This document shows positions 1-12,200 of a stretch of DNA of 64,000 nucleotides, one piece after another (position 1 is the first letter of the stretch; every line of letters begins with the position of its first letter). A model generated the notes under the pieces. The model saw only the letters and a list, made by a program, of their open reading frames with translations, made no database searches and was not told the origin of the DNA. The stretch spans positions 5,258,301 through 5,322,300 of the forward strand of contig CM082577.2 in assembly GCA_040954595.2 (NCBI GenBank), read 5' to 3'. A program made the translations under genes and the position numbers. The DNA is from Balanoglossus misakiensis (Eukaryota > Animalia > Hemichordata).

Positions 1-426
1 CAATATTAATACGTACTTTGGGCCGCGCATTGCTGTTTTTTTCAACGTCATCGGGATCCGGTACAACAAACTTCTTTCTCTCAGCCATATTTTACATGCG
101 CACTACGCATGCTCGTGCCAGCAAGGTCAAGATAAGGTCAAGATGAAGCTTCGCGCGTGTGTCTTGCAAGGTCGCGATCATACACGCACTGCGGCGGGTC
201 ATGTCATGGGGAGTTACATTTTATTTGGCTGACATTGCGTTGACGGAGTTGCCATTGATATACATACATGTAGATGCATGGATTGCGTCAAAAGGGAAAG
301 ACTCACGCATTGCCAAGCAAACTAGGAGCTGGATCAGTGAGAGAAAAAAAAAGAACTTTCACTGGACAAATTTTATTTCATTTTTTATCTACAGCAGCCT
401 TGCAAAAACAGAACAGGGTGAAAAAG

Positions 427-432
427 AAAAAA
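427..432 (-). terminator. RNA polymerase III terminator (T6) of the 7SL gene
   Basis: A6 on the plus strand directly after the 7SL 3' end; a further A run lies at 420-425. Confidence 0.85.
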
Positions 433-728
433 GGGATTGAGTCCGACTATATCGGACGGGCTGCTAGCCGCTGCCTATTCACGGGCGCGATCCCACTACT
501 GCTCCACACGGGGACTTTTGTCTGCTGCGTTTCCGCCCTGGACCGGTACGTCCCTCATTATACGACCTGGTCGTCCTGGCCTCCGCCGGGCCGACCATAT
601 CGATGCCGAGCTTAGCGCGGACGCCTGATCTACATAGAACAACGACTAACAGGAACCCCGTCCTCAAGCCATTCAACAACCCCGGCCTCCAAGTAGCTAG
701 ATTACAGGCGCACGCCACAACGCCCAGC
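433..728 (-). ncRNA. RN7SL: 7SL RNA (signal recognition particle RNA), full length, ~296 nt
   Basis: Minus strand starts GCTGGGCGTTGTGGCGTGCGCCTGTAATCTAGCTACTTGGAGGC (Alu domain). It contains GTCCGCGCTAAGCTCGGCATCGATATGG, the helix-6 GGAG loop, helix-8 CCAGGGCGGAAACGCAGCAG and AGTAGTGGGATCGCGCCCGTGAATAG, all collinear with metazoan 7SL. A T6 run follows. Confidence 0.97.
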
Positions 729-1126
729 CGACAGATGCTGTGAAAAATAACGTATTTGTAGATGGGAGCTGAACAATGGAAGCTCGTTAACAGCCCGCCC
801 TCTATTTCCCATTGTAAAACCATTTGTTTTTTTGCATCATGATGAAGTGTTTATCTCGTTATTACATTATATTTTGAATGGAGAAGGTAATGCCTTTGTT
901 GACACGGATTAAATGCATGCCTGATTAAAAAAAACTACAAAAAATCAAAACGAAATATTTCAAATATGATAAGGACTATCTTGTATTTTTAGTCTGTTAA
1001 AATACTAACATAACACAGACTGCCTGTAAACAATCCGAAACAAAATCGCTGCATAAGTTCACACCGTGACCATATCGAAAATTAACATTTTCATCAAGCA
1101 TCCGAATAAACACGACCTAAACATTA

Positions 1127-1327
1127 GTGCTAACTGCTAACTACATGTTATGTACGGAAAGCGGCCTGGTTACACGCACGAGTGCCCAGTTTAGCTTGCC
1201 TGATTCCCCAGGTAGGCTAATGAGTCCACGGGTTTTAATTGCTATTAGCGTTAATGCAATTATTCTGATGAGTAAGGCTGACATTTCGGCGAAACTAGCT
1301 CTGTTCATCTCGCCGAGATTTTTTCCG
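1127..1327 (+). ncRNA. Candidate unidentified structured RNA element (multi-hairpin, ends near a T6 run)
   Basis: Hairpins at 1191-1220, 1236-1262 and 1283-1319 use G-U pairs only on the plus strand; T6 at 1319-1324; PSE-like ACACCGTGAC at 1061-1070. No family recognised. Confidence 0.35.
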
Positions 1328-1916
1328 GTCCACGCTTATTTACTACTACATGTATTCCAGACTAGAACGCTATCGTCTACACGGTCGACGGGCTGTAGTT
1401 CAGCTGAGGGCTCAGCTCTTGAAGCCATGGCAAATTCACGAGACTCAAGTTGAAATTTGTTCTTGTCCACGTCCATACTCAGAGAGTTCCGATTTATACC
1501 CGAAAAAGCAATCCAGATAGAACTGTTATTTAATCGATAAAGACGAACGTTGTCAGTCTGAGTACTGTAGAAACGATTTTTCTCACCTCCTTGCGAAACC
1601 GGAGCTCCATTATAGATCACACGTTGCAAAAACATGTACGGATGTCACGAGAAAATTGTCATCTCAGAAATAACAGCGGAAAAACCTCGAAGACTTCTTG
1701 TACATATTTATTCGGCGTGACAATTTTGTAATTTGCAATTGACAAAAAAAAAAACCACTACACAAAACGCAAAATTGACACGAATAATGAGAATTAAACC
1801 CAGACTGAAATAAGATGATGTCTCATCCAAGGATATGTAGAAATTTTCTCCTCGGTTCTGAACGAAATTGCGAAGCCGCATCTGTGATGTCAGGAAGCGC
1901 CCGTTGAAAATCTAAA

Positions 1917-1930
1917 GTTACCATAGCAAC
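1917..1930. promoter_or_regulatory. RFX X-box
   Basis: GTTACCATAGCAAC matches the X-box consensus GTNRCC(n0-3)RGYAAC. Confidence 0.55.
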
Positions 1931-4217
1931 CAGTCGGTCGTGCAGGCAGATGTAAGGGTATGTCTGCACCTTTAATGAACGTAGGTATAACAAAGCGTCC
2001 CCGGGGTGCTGGCGAACTCAGGATCGAATTAATTGACCGTGAACAAGGCTAAAAATACCGGGGGCGTGCGATTGTAGTAACGGGGACGAAGGTTGCATGA
2101 CAGCTGCCCTGGGAAGGACACATTTTGACGATGGCGAAGTATTAAACGCGGCTTTTAAAAATAAAAATATTCTCTTTACTTCTCACTTAGTAAGATAATG
2201 ATTTTGATCTTGGCAACTGGACTATTTTGCTTTTCCCCCGAGTAACGCCTAAAAAGGAGTTGGTTGGGCTATGATCAATAATCGAGGTCAAGTGTTTTAA
2301 AAATTAAAATCTGCCCCGGATGAGAATTCTTTTTTATTTAAAACTATTGTTTCCTCTCTAAAACTTTGTACCTCCATGGTGTTACACGGATTCTCCACCT
2401 GGGTTGCCACGCGATAAAGAGTGCGCCAACACATGGTCATTTGCATACACTCAAATGTAAATTAGAGGTGATTCAAGCTGTGTACGTTCCTTTAAAGGTA
2501 TACGGTCACCTCCAATTTACATACGCCCATATACGGCTGAAATGGCGTATCTGAGTGTTCACACGAAGGCAGAGAGACAAGTCTGCACAATCAATTAACT
2601 GTATGCGACCCGCTTCAATCATAGGCTAAACGAACCAGGGAGCCTTTCGTGGAAATTGCAGCCAAGCGCGGTTGTACATCTGTTTTTAGAGCGTGAAAAA
2701 AAAGAACACTGGTTTCCCGCGCAATTCAACAGCGTGGTCGTTTCTCGGAGTGGGGTTTCAGTCTGGAGGACAACAACGCCTCCCAGAATCCAAGGCGGCC
2801 GGGTGTTTAATAAAAATCTGTAAATCGATACAAAGTAGGTTGCGAATGATGGATCCTTGAACCCGCACCGAACAAGGCACGTTCACCGTATATTTCATAC
2901 AAGGTCGGAAGTAACTAAAGGGGGAGATAAAGTCTGCACTACACTCGTGAATTAAAAGTATTTCTCTGCAAATCAACGACCTTCAGTAAACTCGCTTGGA
3001 AGGACTACTTAATGCGGCAATTTACGGCAAAACGTAACGAGGCGTGCGTGCCGTAAATTTGGCGGAACGTAAATCACCGAAATATTCTAAATCAAAAAAT
3101 TTCCCCCAAAATTAGAAGGTATATACGAAGATGGTCCACTTACGCGTCATTATTGTGAAATGTTGATTTTCCCCTGTAGCGCGTTACCGGCATTTATGCC
3201 ATCAATGAATTATTTGAATATCCGAATATATTTGGCAGATGTTTACGTATAGTGGTGTCATCACTCGAAGCATCAAACTAAACGCACGCAAACACGACAA
3301 TAAAACAAACTTAATCAAAGCAAAACACATTATATTACTCCGAGTTCAAAGGTCGTTTCCAATCAAAAGTTTAGCAAGCAAACCATAATGCAAATAAATC
3401 ATTTCTGCGAAAGACTCTTTACTCGCGGCGATCATCCCGGTAAGCGTGTTTGGGTTTAGGGGCTAAGCGGTTAGATATAGGAGAGGCGCCACATTTCATC
3501 TGGACCATCGGTGATAGACAGGGGAGGAGCTATTGGAACTGGTCAAGGCGGCGCGTGGATGAATATTATAAAACCCAAACGCTCTGCAGAGAAGTCTGTC
3601 AGAAATAGACCATTTCCCGAGCTCGACGAGATCCTGCGAGATCTCGCGTGGTTATGCGGTTTATATGGGAGAACAGTCTCACGTGACACAGCTGAGGACA
3701 AACGCCACGTGGCCTATCTTGTTAAATGACATAAGAGTCACTTTTGTTTAAACTCTGCACCTATTCTAGGCTAGCAATGACTTCCTACGGGAATAAATCG
3801 AGTCTCATCGAAAATCGAAAATCATCAATTAGTCTTATAGTTTAGTTTACTATGACGACGGAGAAAAAATAAACCCAAGGCATGAGTTCCATGAAACGTC
3901 AGTGTAGCTCCACCAGGCGAATTATTAATGGAACAGAAACTGGTATCATATTACTGGCGAGTTTAATTTGCGACATACTCACAAGAGGAGCGATAACAAA
4001 AACAGGAGTACAATACGTCATCAAAATTGAAATGAGATACTATCGATGAATCCCGACCAAAGAGTCTATCAATAACCCGCTGATTCATTAATTATTCAAA
4101 GGAATTTAATTAGGACGTAACTATGGCAAGTGATGAAATACAAGAGCGTGTACTCTCCTTTGTTTCGTTCAATGCATTCTGTGGCGACTTTAAATACAAT
4201 GTGGCTTATGGAGTCGT

Positions 4218-4530
4218 TTTAGGGGCTTATGTCGTGCCGATGTCTCTGTGTATATGCGTATGTGTCACTGATATCTCACGAACGGCCGATCACAGTTGAA
4301 CCAATTCTGCTGAATATTATATTGTTTTGAAGAGGGAAGAATTTATGAGACTTTGGTGGCGGGGCTTGCATCTTAAATGAAGACATCAGAAATTTTGCTA
4401 GAACAATGGTCGTCGTGTTCACATACGGGGGCTTATATGTCATATACCGTTGCATGTCCGTCTGTGCGGTGTGGGTTGTGTCTGTATCGTCGATATCTTA
4501 AGAATGCCTGTCCGATTAAACCAAATTCTA
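4218..4530 (+). repeat. Two degenerate tandem copies of a dispersed-repeat fragment
   Basis: ggggcttatgtc...gatatctcacgaac...aaccaattct (~4220-4310) resembles ggggcttatatgtc...gatatcttaagaat...aaccaaattct (~4427-4530). Confidence 0.5.
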
Positions 4531-6204
4531 ACGACAGGTGCTCTTTCAAAGTGGTAAAACTGATTAGATTTCGGCGTGCGCGGCGTTGCATATCAACGAC
4601 GTTATGAAAGATAATTTCTTCTGACGATGGTTGTCTATAGAGAGCGCATATACACTGAATTACAGCAGAAAGTTTGATGAAATGGCTACATGCTGCAGGC
4701 ATTTGGTACTGAGAATTGCCTTATAATTTGCATATTTAATTAACTTTCGCAACTGGCATTACAAATCCCCAGTAACCGCACTAAATCCAATGAGACTTGC
4801 AAGAATACATAAATATCATGCATAGGTTTTGTTCAAAAGAAAGCTGTAAACTGTTCAATATACTCAGTCAGCGTACTAGAATGTAGAGTCACTATTTTAC
4901 CGCATATCTGCAGATTATTATGACACATGACATTCATAGCACGGGGGTCATTCAGTTTCCATCTGACAGAAAGATATCGAATGATAAACGTTATCATTGT
5001 CACTGCTATTTTCCCAAGACCTTCTGAAACAGTATAAGTGTGACCTTTGGAAATGATAAACATGACGACATTGCGTGTAATTTTCTAAAATAATAATAAG
5101 AAAGACCTGGCAAACGGAGAAATGGGTCTTTTTATTTTAATGATAACCGAATAATGTGGTTAGACCGCTGTGAAATCGTCGTTTTTGATTTAAAGAAACT
5201 GCTCTCCGGCGCAAATCGTCCGCTGAAAGAGGGAATTTGGACGTCTCGACAAATATTCCAAGCGCGGAGATTAAAATTTCAATAAACTCCGCTGACAGAT
5301 GAAAGTGGGTGAAAAACTGCTTGTCATCAATAGTTTGATAACCTTCTGCATTGTATATGAGTCGTGGAACACTGATTTATAAGGATACCATCCCCGTTAA
5401 AAAATGGTAGTGCCCAGTCGGCACAGCAATGCGCTGCGCAATAAACGAACCCTGTGCGCACACTGACAAGATTTTCGTAGAGTGAGCGGTTTAGGGTGTT
5501 TTCGCCAAGTTATCAACAATGCTTTAGCACAGAAGCATCATGATAACCGTTCAAATTGCAGAAAAGATGCCAAATTGATTTCCGTCGCGGTCGTCTGGCG
5601 CGATACTTCGGCGGTGCATCGGCAAGCTGCGACGAAAAGTCGGGCGCTCATGTCTGCAGATTGAGGAGGTAGGTATACGTAGCTGACGCAAAAAAACACA
5701 GCGAGATGTATATATGTATACTGTGGTCACATCAGCCATATATCCCACAGTGACTTGAATATTTCAGTGTTTTTTTCTCCTACGATTGCATCCGTGTGCG
5801 GGAGCCACGCTGTGCATCGTGTCGACGAGGGGGTGGCGCGCTGTGCCTCTGTGGATATGTGACTGTTCGCGATTGCAACCCCGCGCTGCCCGAATATTCA
5901 CCTGGAAGAGATGCTTGCCATCAATGTTGACAAGTCAAGGTCCGCAATTGACGGCGATTCCTCTCTCACTCTCATGAATATTACATGGACTTTTTTTCTC
6001 TCTCTCTCGCTATCTTGATTTCAACTTGCAGAGAACGGCTGGTAATTACTGGCTTTAGATACAGCGACAGATGGGGTTTTGAAATTGCGCCCACAGCCTA
6101 GCTACGCACACGCTGCATCATCATCTACATCTCTTTGTGGCATTCTGATTTGCAGGAGAATACAGCCAATTTGAATCGAGAGCGAGTAAACAACGGCCGC
6201 CGTC

Positions 6205-9200
6205 ATGTCTTCATACGCAAAGGTAGGGAGTATCACCATTAAGCAGTACTGTCGTATTATTTCAAAGATTTTTTTTTAATCCCCGGGGGCTAACTGGTGC
6301 AAGTCAGCTCTTGCTCAGCGAAAGATTCACATCCATTTTTACAGATTTTTTAGTGTTTTTCACGAATGCCGTGAGTTCAAGCTTGGCTAAAATTACCTTT
6401 TACATGAACGTGACAGGACTTTAACTAGTTTTTACATTATATGGCTTACCGTACTTAAGCGTGAATGGGAAGCGTTTCATGTAGTCCAGAATATCAGTGC
6501 GGTGATGACGGGGTTATACAGAGGACAATATTGAAATGGATTTGGATGTTGACATTGTTAGACGGGAGCCAGCGAGTGGTGTTAATTTCCTCTCAGAAAT
6601 TAACACGTTATGAATGCAGTGGCCGGGTCTGTCGCCACGCTTTGACAATGGCCCTCCCCGTCGATCGCTTTCAGAGTGTTAACAAGGCACCGTCGAATCC
6701 CCGGGCGCATAGCATTTACCAACAAGTCAGAATGAAAATTGAATTCAAAAGGGTGCGCAAGTTCGGAGGTATATACAACACTGGCCGTGGCCGCTGTCGG
6801 ATCTGTCGTTTATGTCTCGGCGAGGCGAAATACCCGAGTTCCTCGCCTCGTGCGCAAGCGTCTTTATCGCTCGTTTCGCAAGACAATTTAATGAAATTAT
6901 TGATGAACGCAGGCACACTTTTAGCTTGGCATTCTCAAACAAAGCCGTAAATTTTATGTCGCGTCAGCGAAAGCTAAGTATAGATTTTATGGTGATTTCT
7001 GGATGATGAGTTTAACCAAACGGGTACTTTCAGGGGAGTTTTGTGATACGCGGACCAGACTGCAACATAATCCCGTTTCACTACTGCGCCTTCATAACTC
7101 ATCTCTCGTTTCTGAATGAAATGAGGTCACGTAGAGGGGGGAAAATAGATGCAGTGCGCGCGATGCCTTGCCTTATTACGCATACTAATGCACCATTATA
7201 AATACCAACAGGCCCATTATGTAGTCATGAAATAAACCGACTTAGATCAGATGTGAGCAACTTATTAGATTAGCTACCTGACTTAGGCCAAGGCTTTGCT
7301 TGGCCTACATAAAAACTTTGTCTTGCTCTCAAAATTTTCAATTGAGCCGGATTATAAACTCATTTCACGACTCAAAGCCTCACCGGAGTCACGGTGACAG
7401 TTTCAATGTGGCTCAAATGACAGAAAACATGTTTTGCTATATTTCATAAAATCTCAGTGTTTTCTCTGTATTTATTCGCGACTTTGTGGGGGGGGGGGCA
7501 CAACACGCAGACGATTGACTGAGTATCAAAGAAACACAAAAAAACAGCAACTGACGAAATGTGGACCACAAATGCATTTTATCAATTTTTTGGTCTTTGT
7601 CTTTTTTATCTCTTGCATGGACGCCGCAGCTGGAAGAACATGAAGATGAGGTAGGTCGGTTTTCAGCAATCAGTGTAGTAGCAGACGCCACGTGCAATTG
7701 ATTACGTCATTTGGAACAGTCCTTCAGGCAATGGCTAAACACACGATCAGAACAAACGTCTCCAAACACGCACGGAATTGCGAAAGCGATATTTTTCTCA
7801 AAAGCAAAATTAGTTCATTTCTCCTTGAAATAGTTTTTCATATTCCATCAATGACTCTGTTCAGCTTGTCGCATATATTTCCCCCCCAAAAAATCATGCA
7901 ATACGAACCCCTGTCAATCCCTGGAAAGAAAACAGTTCATTTTTATTATAATTTCATTAACCGTTCTTGGTCAATCTCACAAAACCCAATAAATTATGAT
8001 ATGGGAATTAATAAGGCGTGAATATACTAGCCCCTGGTGTAACTGTCGTTATGCTTGTAAATTGCGAATCTAAATACTTTAGATGTTCTGCTCTGATATG
8101 ATTTTTGCCCTGCTACATATATATTTGACACTTGACATAGTCGACGGCCATATATGTGCGTATAAATCCCGTGAATTGCGTTTATACTGCGTGATATAGA
8201 ATATCATCGCGGTAATAGTACAGCATGCACAAAGTCTGAGCAAATTTCAGCCTAACGACAATTAAATTACTGGAGGAAACAGTTTGCTAAGCCTGTACAT
8301 ATCATTAGCGTTCGCAAATGATGTGCGCAGATTGCACATTCCAGGATACCTTTCATAGACAGAATCATGGAATAATATTCCCGTGCGCTCAATTATCCCC
8401 CCCCCCCAGAAAAAAAGAAAGAAAGTGACAGTCCTTCGTGATGATTGGAATAGTATACGGGAGGCTGGTGTAGTATTCAGGGTCGGTTGGTCAATGACCC
8501 GGTGCCTATTCAGATAACGTCTTAATCGAAAATGGCTATTGTGCTCTCTAATTGAGTATTTTTTTGAGAATTTTTAGAAGGCTTCTTCTCGTTTATTGAA
8601 ATTTGTTGCTCGATATAGTCTGGTGTCGTGTGTTGGCGTTTACTGGCATCGGTGACGGTGTTATCGCGGCGTCCAATCGCCCTTCGGTACTTTCATCGTA
8701 AAGTGACACCCCCTGACTCTCGGCGGGTTCTCTGATAATCAAGGGCCTCCAAATTCAATTGGAGTCGTTCGTTATGGAACGTACTCCACTATTAAATCTT
8801 TAGCAAAGTTAACAGAGCCTGCATGTTGGTAAATGAAAAAATCTCATTAATGAATACGCAAGGAACCGCCTGTCAACTTTTCGGTTTCGACGGTACTCGT
8901 GCCACTTGCGGTAAATGTTCACAGTTGTTGATTCTCTGATTTCGACTCTTACAGTCAAAAGATAATGTCGTGCGATCGCTAAAACTAAACAATTGTATAT
9001 GTAATACGTCCATTAATTCCATTTTTTTTAAAAAACTGATTCACCGTGGCTTCTGAATCTCCAACCCGGATATACAAATCCACATTAATTCTATGACGGC
9101 CTTCGAAGATTTCACTTGGGACGATGCAGCGTAGCCTTATACAAGATTTAGACAAGGAATTGTGTATTATTTTGTGGGCTAACGAGATTTATTATTAAGA

Positions 9201-12200
9201 TCCAGTCAACGTGATGTCCTTAAGCTTGTTATACAGCCTCGACTCCCACGTTGTTCTCCGTTGCCACGTTTTTTTGCCTGAAGTGTCGAAGGTTACGATT
9301 TCCGGTCTTGACCTTTATAACTACCATTTTTAATACCTTGAGTTCGACAAGCAGCGACAGAGAAATTGTCACATTTTTTTTAATGCTTTGGGAGAAATAA
9401 AGAGAAAAACGAAAGTCTAGTTTTAAGTGATCCTTGTGTTAGTGGCCAACTCCTATATAGAGTGAAAACGTGTCTATGGCGGCCATTTTGTTATGTTACA
9501 GTCACCTGTGCAGTTTACATGTGCTTTGTTGACCTGTCTATAAAGGCCAGTTTAGGAAAGTCCCTTGACTGGCCACTCTAGACAGGTTTGATTGTTTGTC
9601 ACGTTACTTGGAGAGAAGTAAAATTAATGTTTTATATCGTTCATACCTTTCTAGACTGAAACGTTGCTCTACAAACTACTGAATGTTCTGTGTTGCCGCA
9701 ATGGCTGCCGGTACTGCAGTGACTGTTGCCAAGAGACGGTGGACGACGACCCAGTGCCAAACAGCAGCGCGGAGCAGTATATTGTGCAACCCAGCTCCCA
9801 AGAGGCGCCTGAAGAAGATCGGAGGTACTCGGTCGACTCTCGGCGGTCCTCGGCCGGCGCCGACTCGAGTCGACGGGGGTCGTCATCTGTGATGAGCGAC
9901 AGCCGCCGGCCGAGCACGCCGGCTCCCGTGATCGACATGAAGCCGATCGAGTTCTGGACGGCGAACACAAACAAGGAGACCGTGCAGCCGCGAACGCCGA
10001 CCCGGAGGTACCACGGAGAGTTCTCTCAGTTCGGCGACGTCAACAAGTTTCAGCCGAAGCTGTACGAGGTGGAGGAAAACCAAGTCGAGTTGACGGACGA
10101 GGAGAAGGTAGCCCGCTACAGGCTCGGACAAATTCACTTCAGTCTGCAGTACACAATCTCGACCAGTCAGCTCAGCGTGCGCATCATCAAGGCGAAAGAT
10201 CTGCCACCCCCGGTTTACAACGATTTCACCAAACAAGATTTTGCGCACTCTAATCCATACGTTAAAGTATGCCTGCTGCCCGACCAGAAAAGTTCAAAAC
10301 AGACGACAGTGAAGAGGAAAACGCAGGACCCTGTCTTCGAAGAAAGCTTCGTCTTTGATCTACCTTTCAAGGAAGCGCAGAGAAGAACGCTGTTGTTGTC
10401 CGTGCAGGATTTCGATAAATATTCTCGTCACTGTGTGATCGGCCAACTGATCTTACCACTGGAAGGCATCAACCTGATCAAAGGAAAACATATGTGGAAA
10501 CCTCTTCAGCCAAGCACGCAGGTAAATTATCATTACACTACACCACACTACACTACACTACTGTACACTACATTACACTACACTACACTACATCACAGTA
10601 CAAAAGTACACAGCCCGCCAACCGACACGCATGCGCCCCAGTACAGTATTGTTTCTATTTTCATTTCGCCCAACTGCGCACGCATTGCTATACACTTTTA
10701 ATACCTGATTTAAATGCCTTCGCTTTGTCAATGTGGACGCACTAATCACAGACATGAGTCGTTTTAAGCGGATTATCGAGCGGTTATACTGATAATAGCG
10801 GCTAACTAAAGGCACCGAGAAATCGTGTTTCGCATTACCCTAAAACTGCATTTTCCATTTCAAACACAAATACACCGAGAATAAAAAAAAAAACTCTTGA
10901 TTTACCCGGAAACCTCCTCCCAATGGCCCCAACTCTATTTGAAGTCAACGCAATTATCACCAGACAGTGCCAATCCTAGCATTTCCGCGTTTTATCATTC
11001 TAAATGATGATTTGACCCTGGAAACCTTGGGCGAAACCCTACAGCGGCGCTCTTGACTTCCCAGCACCCATTTGCATAAGGCACCGGCTCCACTAAACCG
11101 CCGTGCATTTACTTGCAGACTTGCGCATCCACCAATTGCATTAAAGACACGACGCACCTTGGGGATTTGAACCTTTTTTTTTCTTCAAAAAATGCATTGC
11201 CTCATTACCACAAAAGCAAAACTGAACACATGTAATCCGACAGGCTGAATTTGAGGTATCGGCCGCCAGGCACGCTCAGTGTTGAAAAAACAGGACGTGT
11301 CTGTTTAAAACAGAAATACGTATACCTCCAATATTATGCTAATACAGGTTAGGATCGATGCATTTTTTTCTGGAGAGGTTGTTCAGCTGAAGACAGGGAG
11401 AAAAAATGTTTGGTGGCGGAGGGATTTACGCTTTGCTGAGTGATTTGCCTTGCACTTCTTTTGACAGTCAAGTGCAATCAATACACAATATGGAATAGGA
11501 ACCCGGTGTATCAGTCAACCTGATGCGGACACCGCCACTTGCCCCCGCTTTAGAGCAAATATTTTGATCAGATTGAATCCAAGCGCCGTGAATATATACT
11601 GCACTGCAGTGGGAGCATATGCGGTTGTCGGCGCTTTTGTTCTTCGGCGACGTTGTAAAGGCGAACTGAAAAAAACGTGTTAGCACATTCCGACGGAGTG
11701 TTGATCTCCGCATCCGAACTTTCTGATTGCCGAGCACCGCCGGTCGATTTACAGAAGTTGCGTGACAAAAAAAACAGGGACTAATAATAAACAATGACTC
11801 TGACATTTGAAACCAAATAAACGCTCAGTTCATTTCGGTATTGAATTCGCAATCGAAGTCGTCGACCGAACCGCATCGATGACGTCATCGCAATGCACAG
11901 TTCAACCGTCATCTATGACGCAAAGAACTCGGAGACGGTGAAATGCGTACGCTTCCACATCAAAACTGTCTTGTGGACTAAGTGTAGAGGGAGCAATCGA
12001 CAGGAATTATGTTGTGTGTGGACGAGCGATTCCTAAGCCATCTGTTAACCCGAGAAAACAGTGATATATTGCCCGAAGCAGACTTTATCTCCCCCCCCTC
12101 CCCGGTTGGTTGACTACTAAGTCGTCATTGCGGCTGACGACAGCTAAAATTTTGACTCGCGCCAAACTATTCTAGAGAACCTCCTCACTTCCCCATAAAC

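Noticed and set aside
274-823. ORFs 274..615, 437..628 and 479..823
   Set aside because: They overlap the GC-rich 7SL RNA gene and show no protein similarity.
1126-1142. TGCTAACTGCTAAC as a telomerase template
   Set aside because: It does not match the CTAACCCTAA template needed for TTAGGG repeats, and no H/ACA domain is evident.
10522-10701. C-terminal HYTTLHYTT extension of ORF 9664..10701
   Set aside because: Read-through into the intron microsatellite past the CAG|gtaaat donor.
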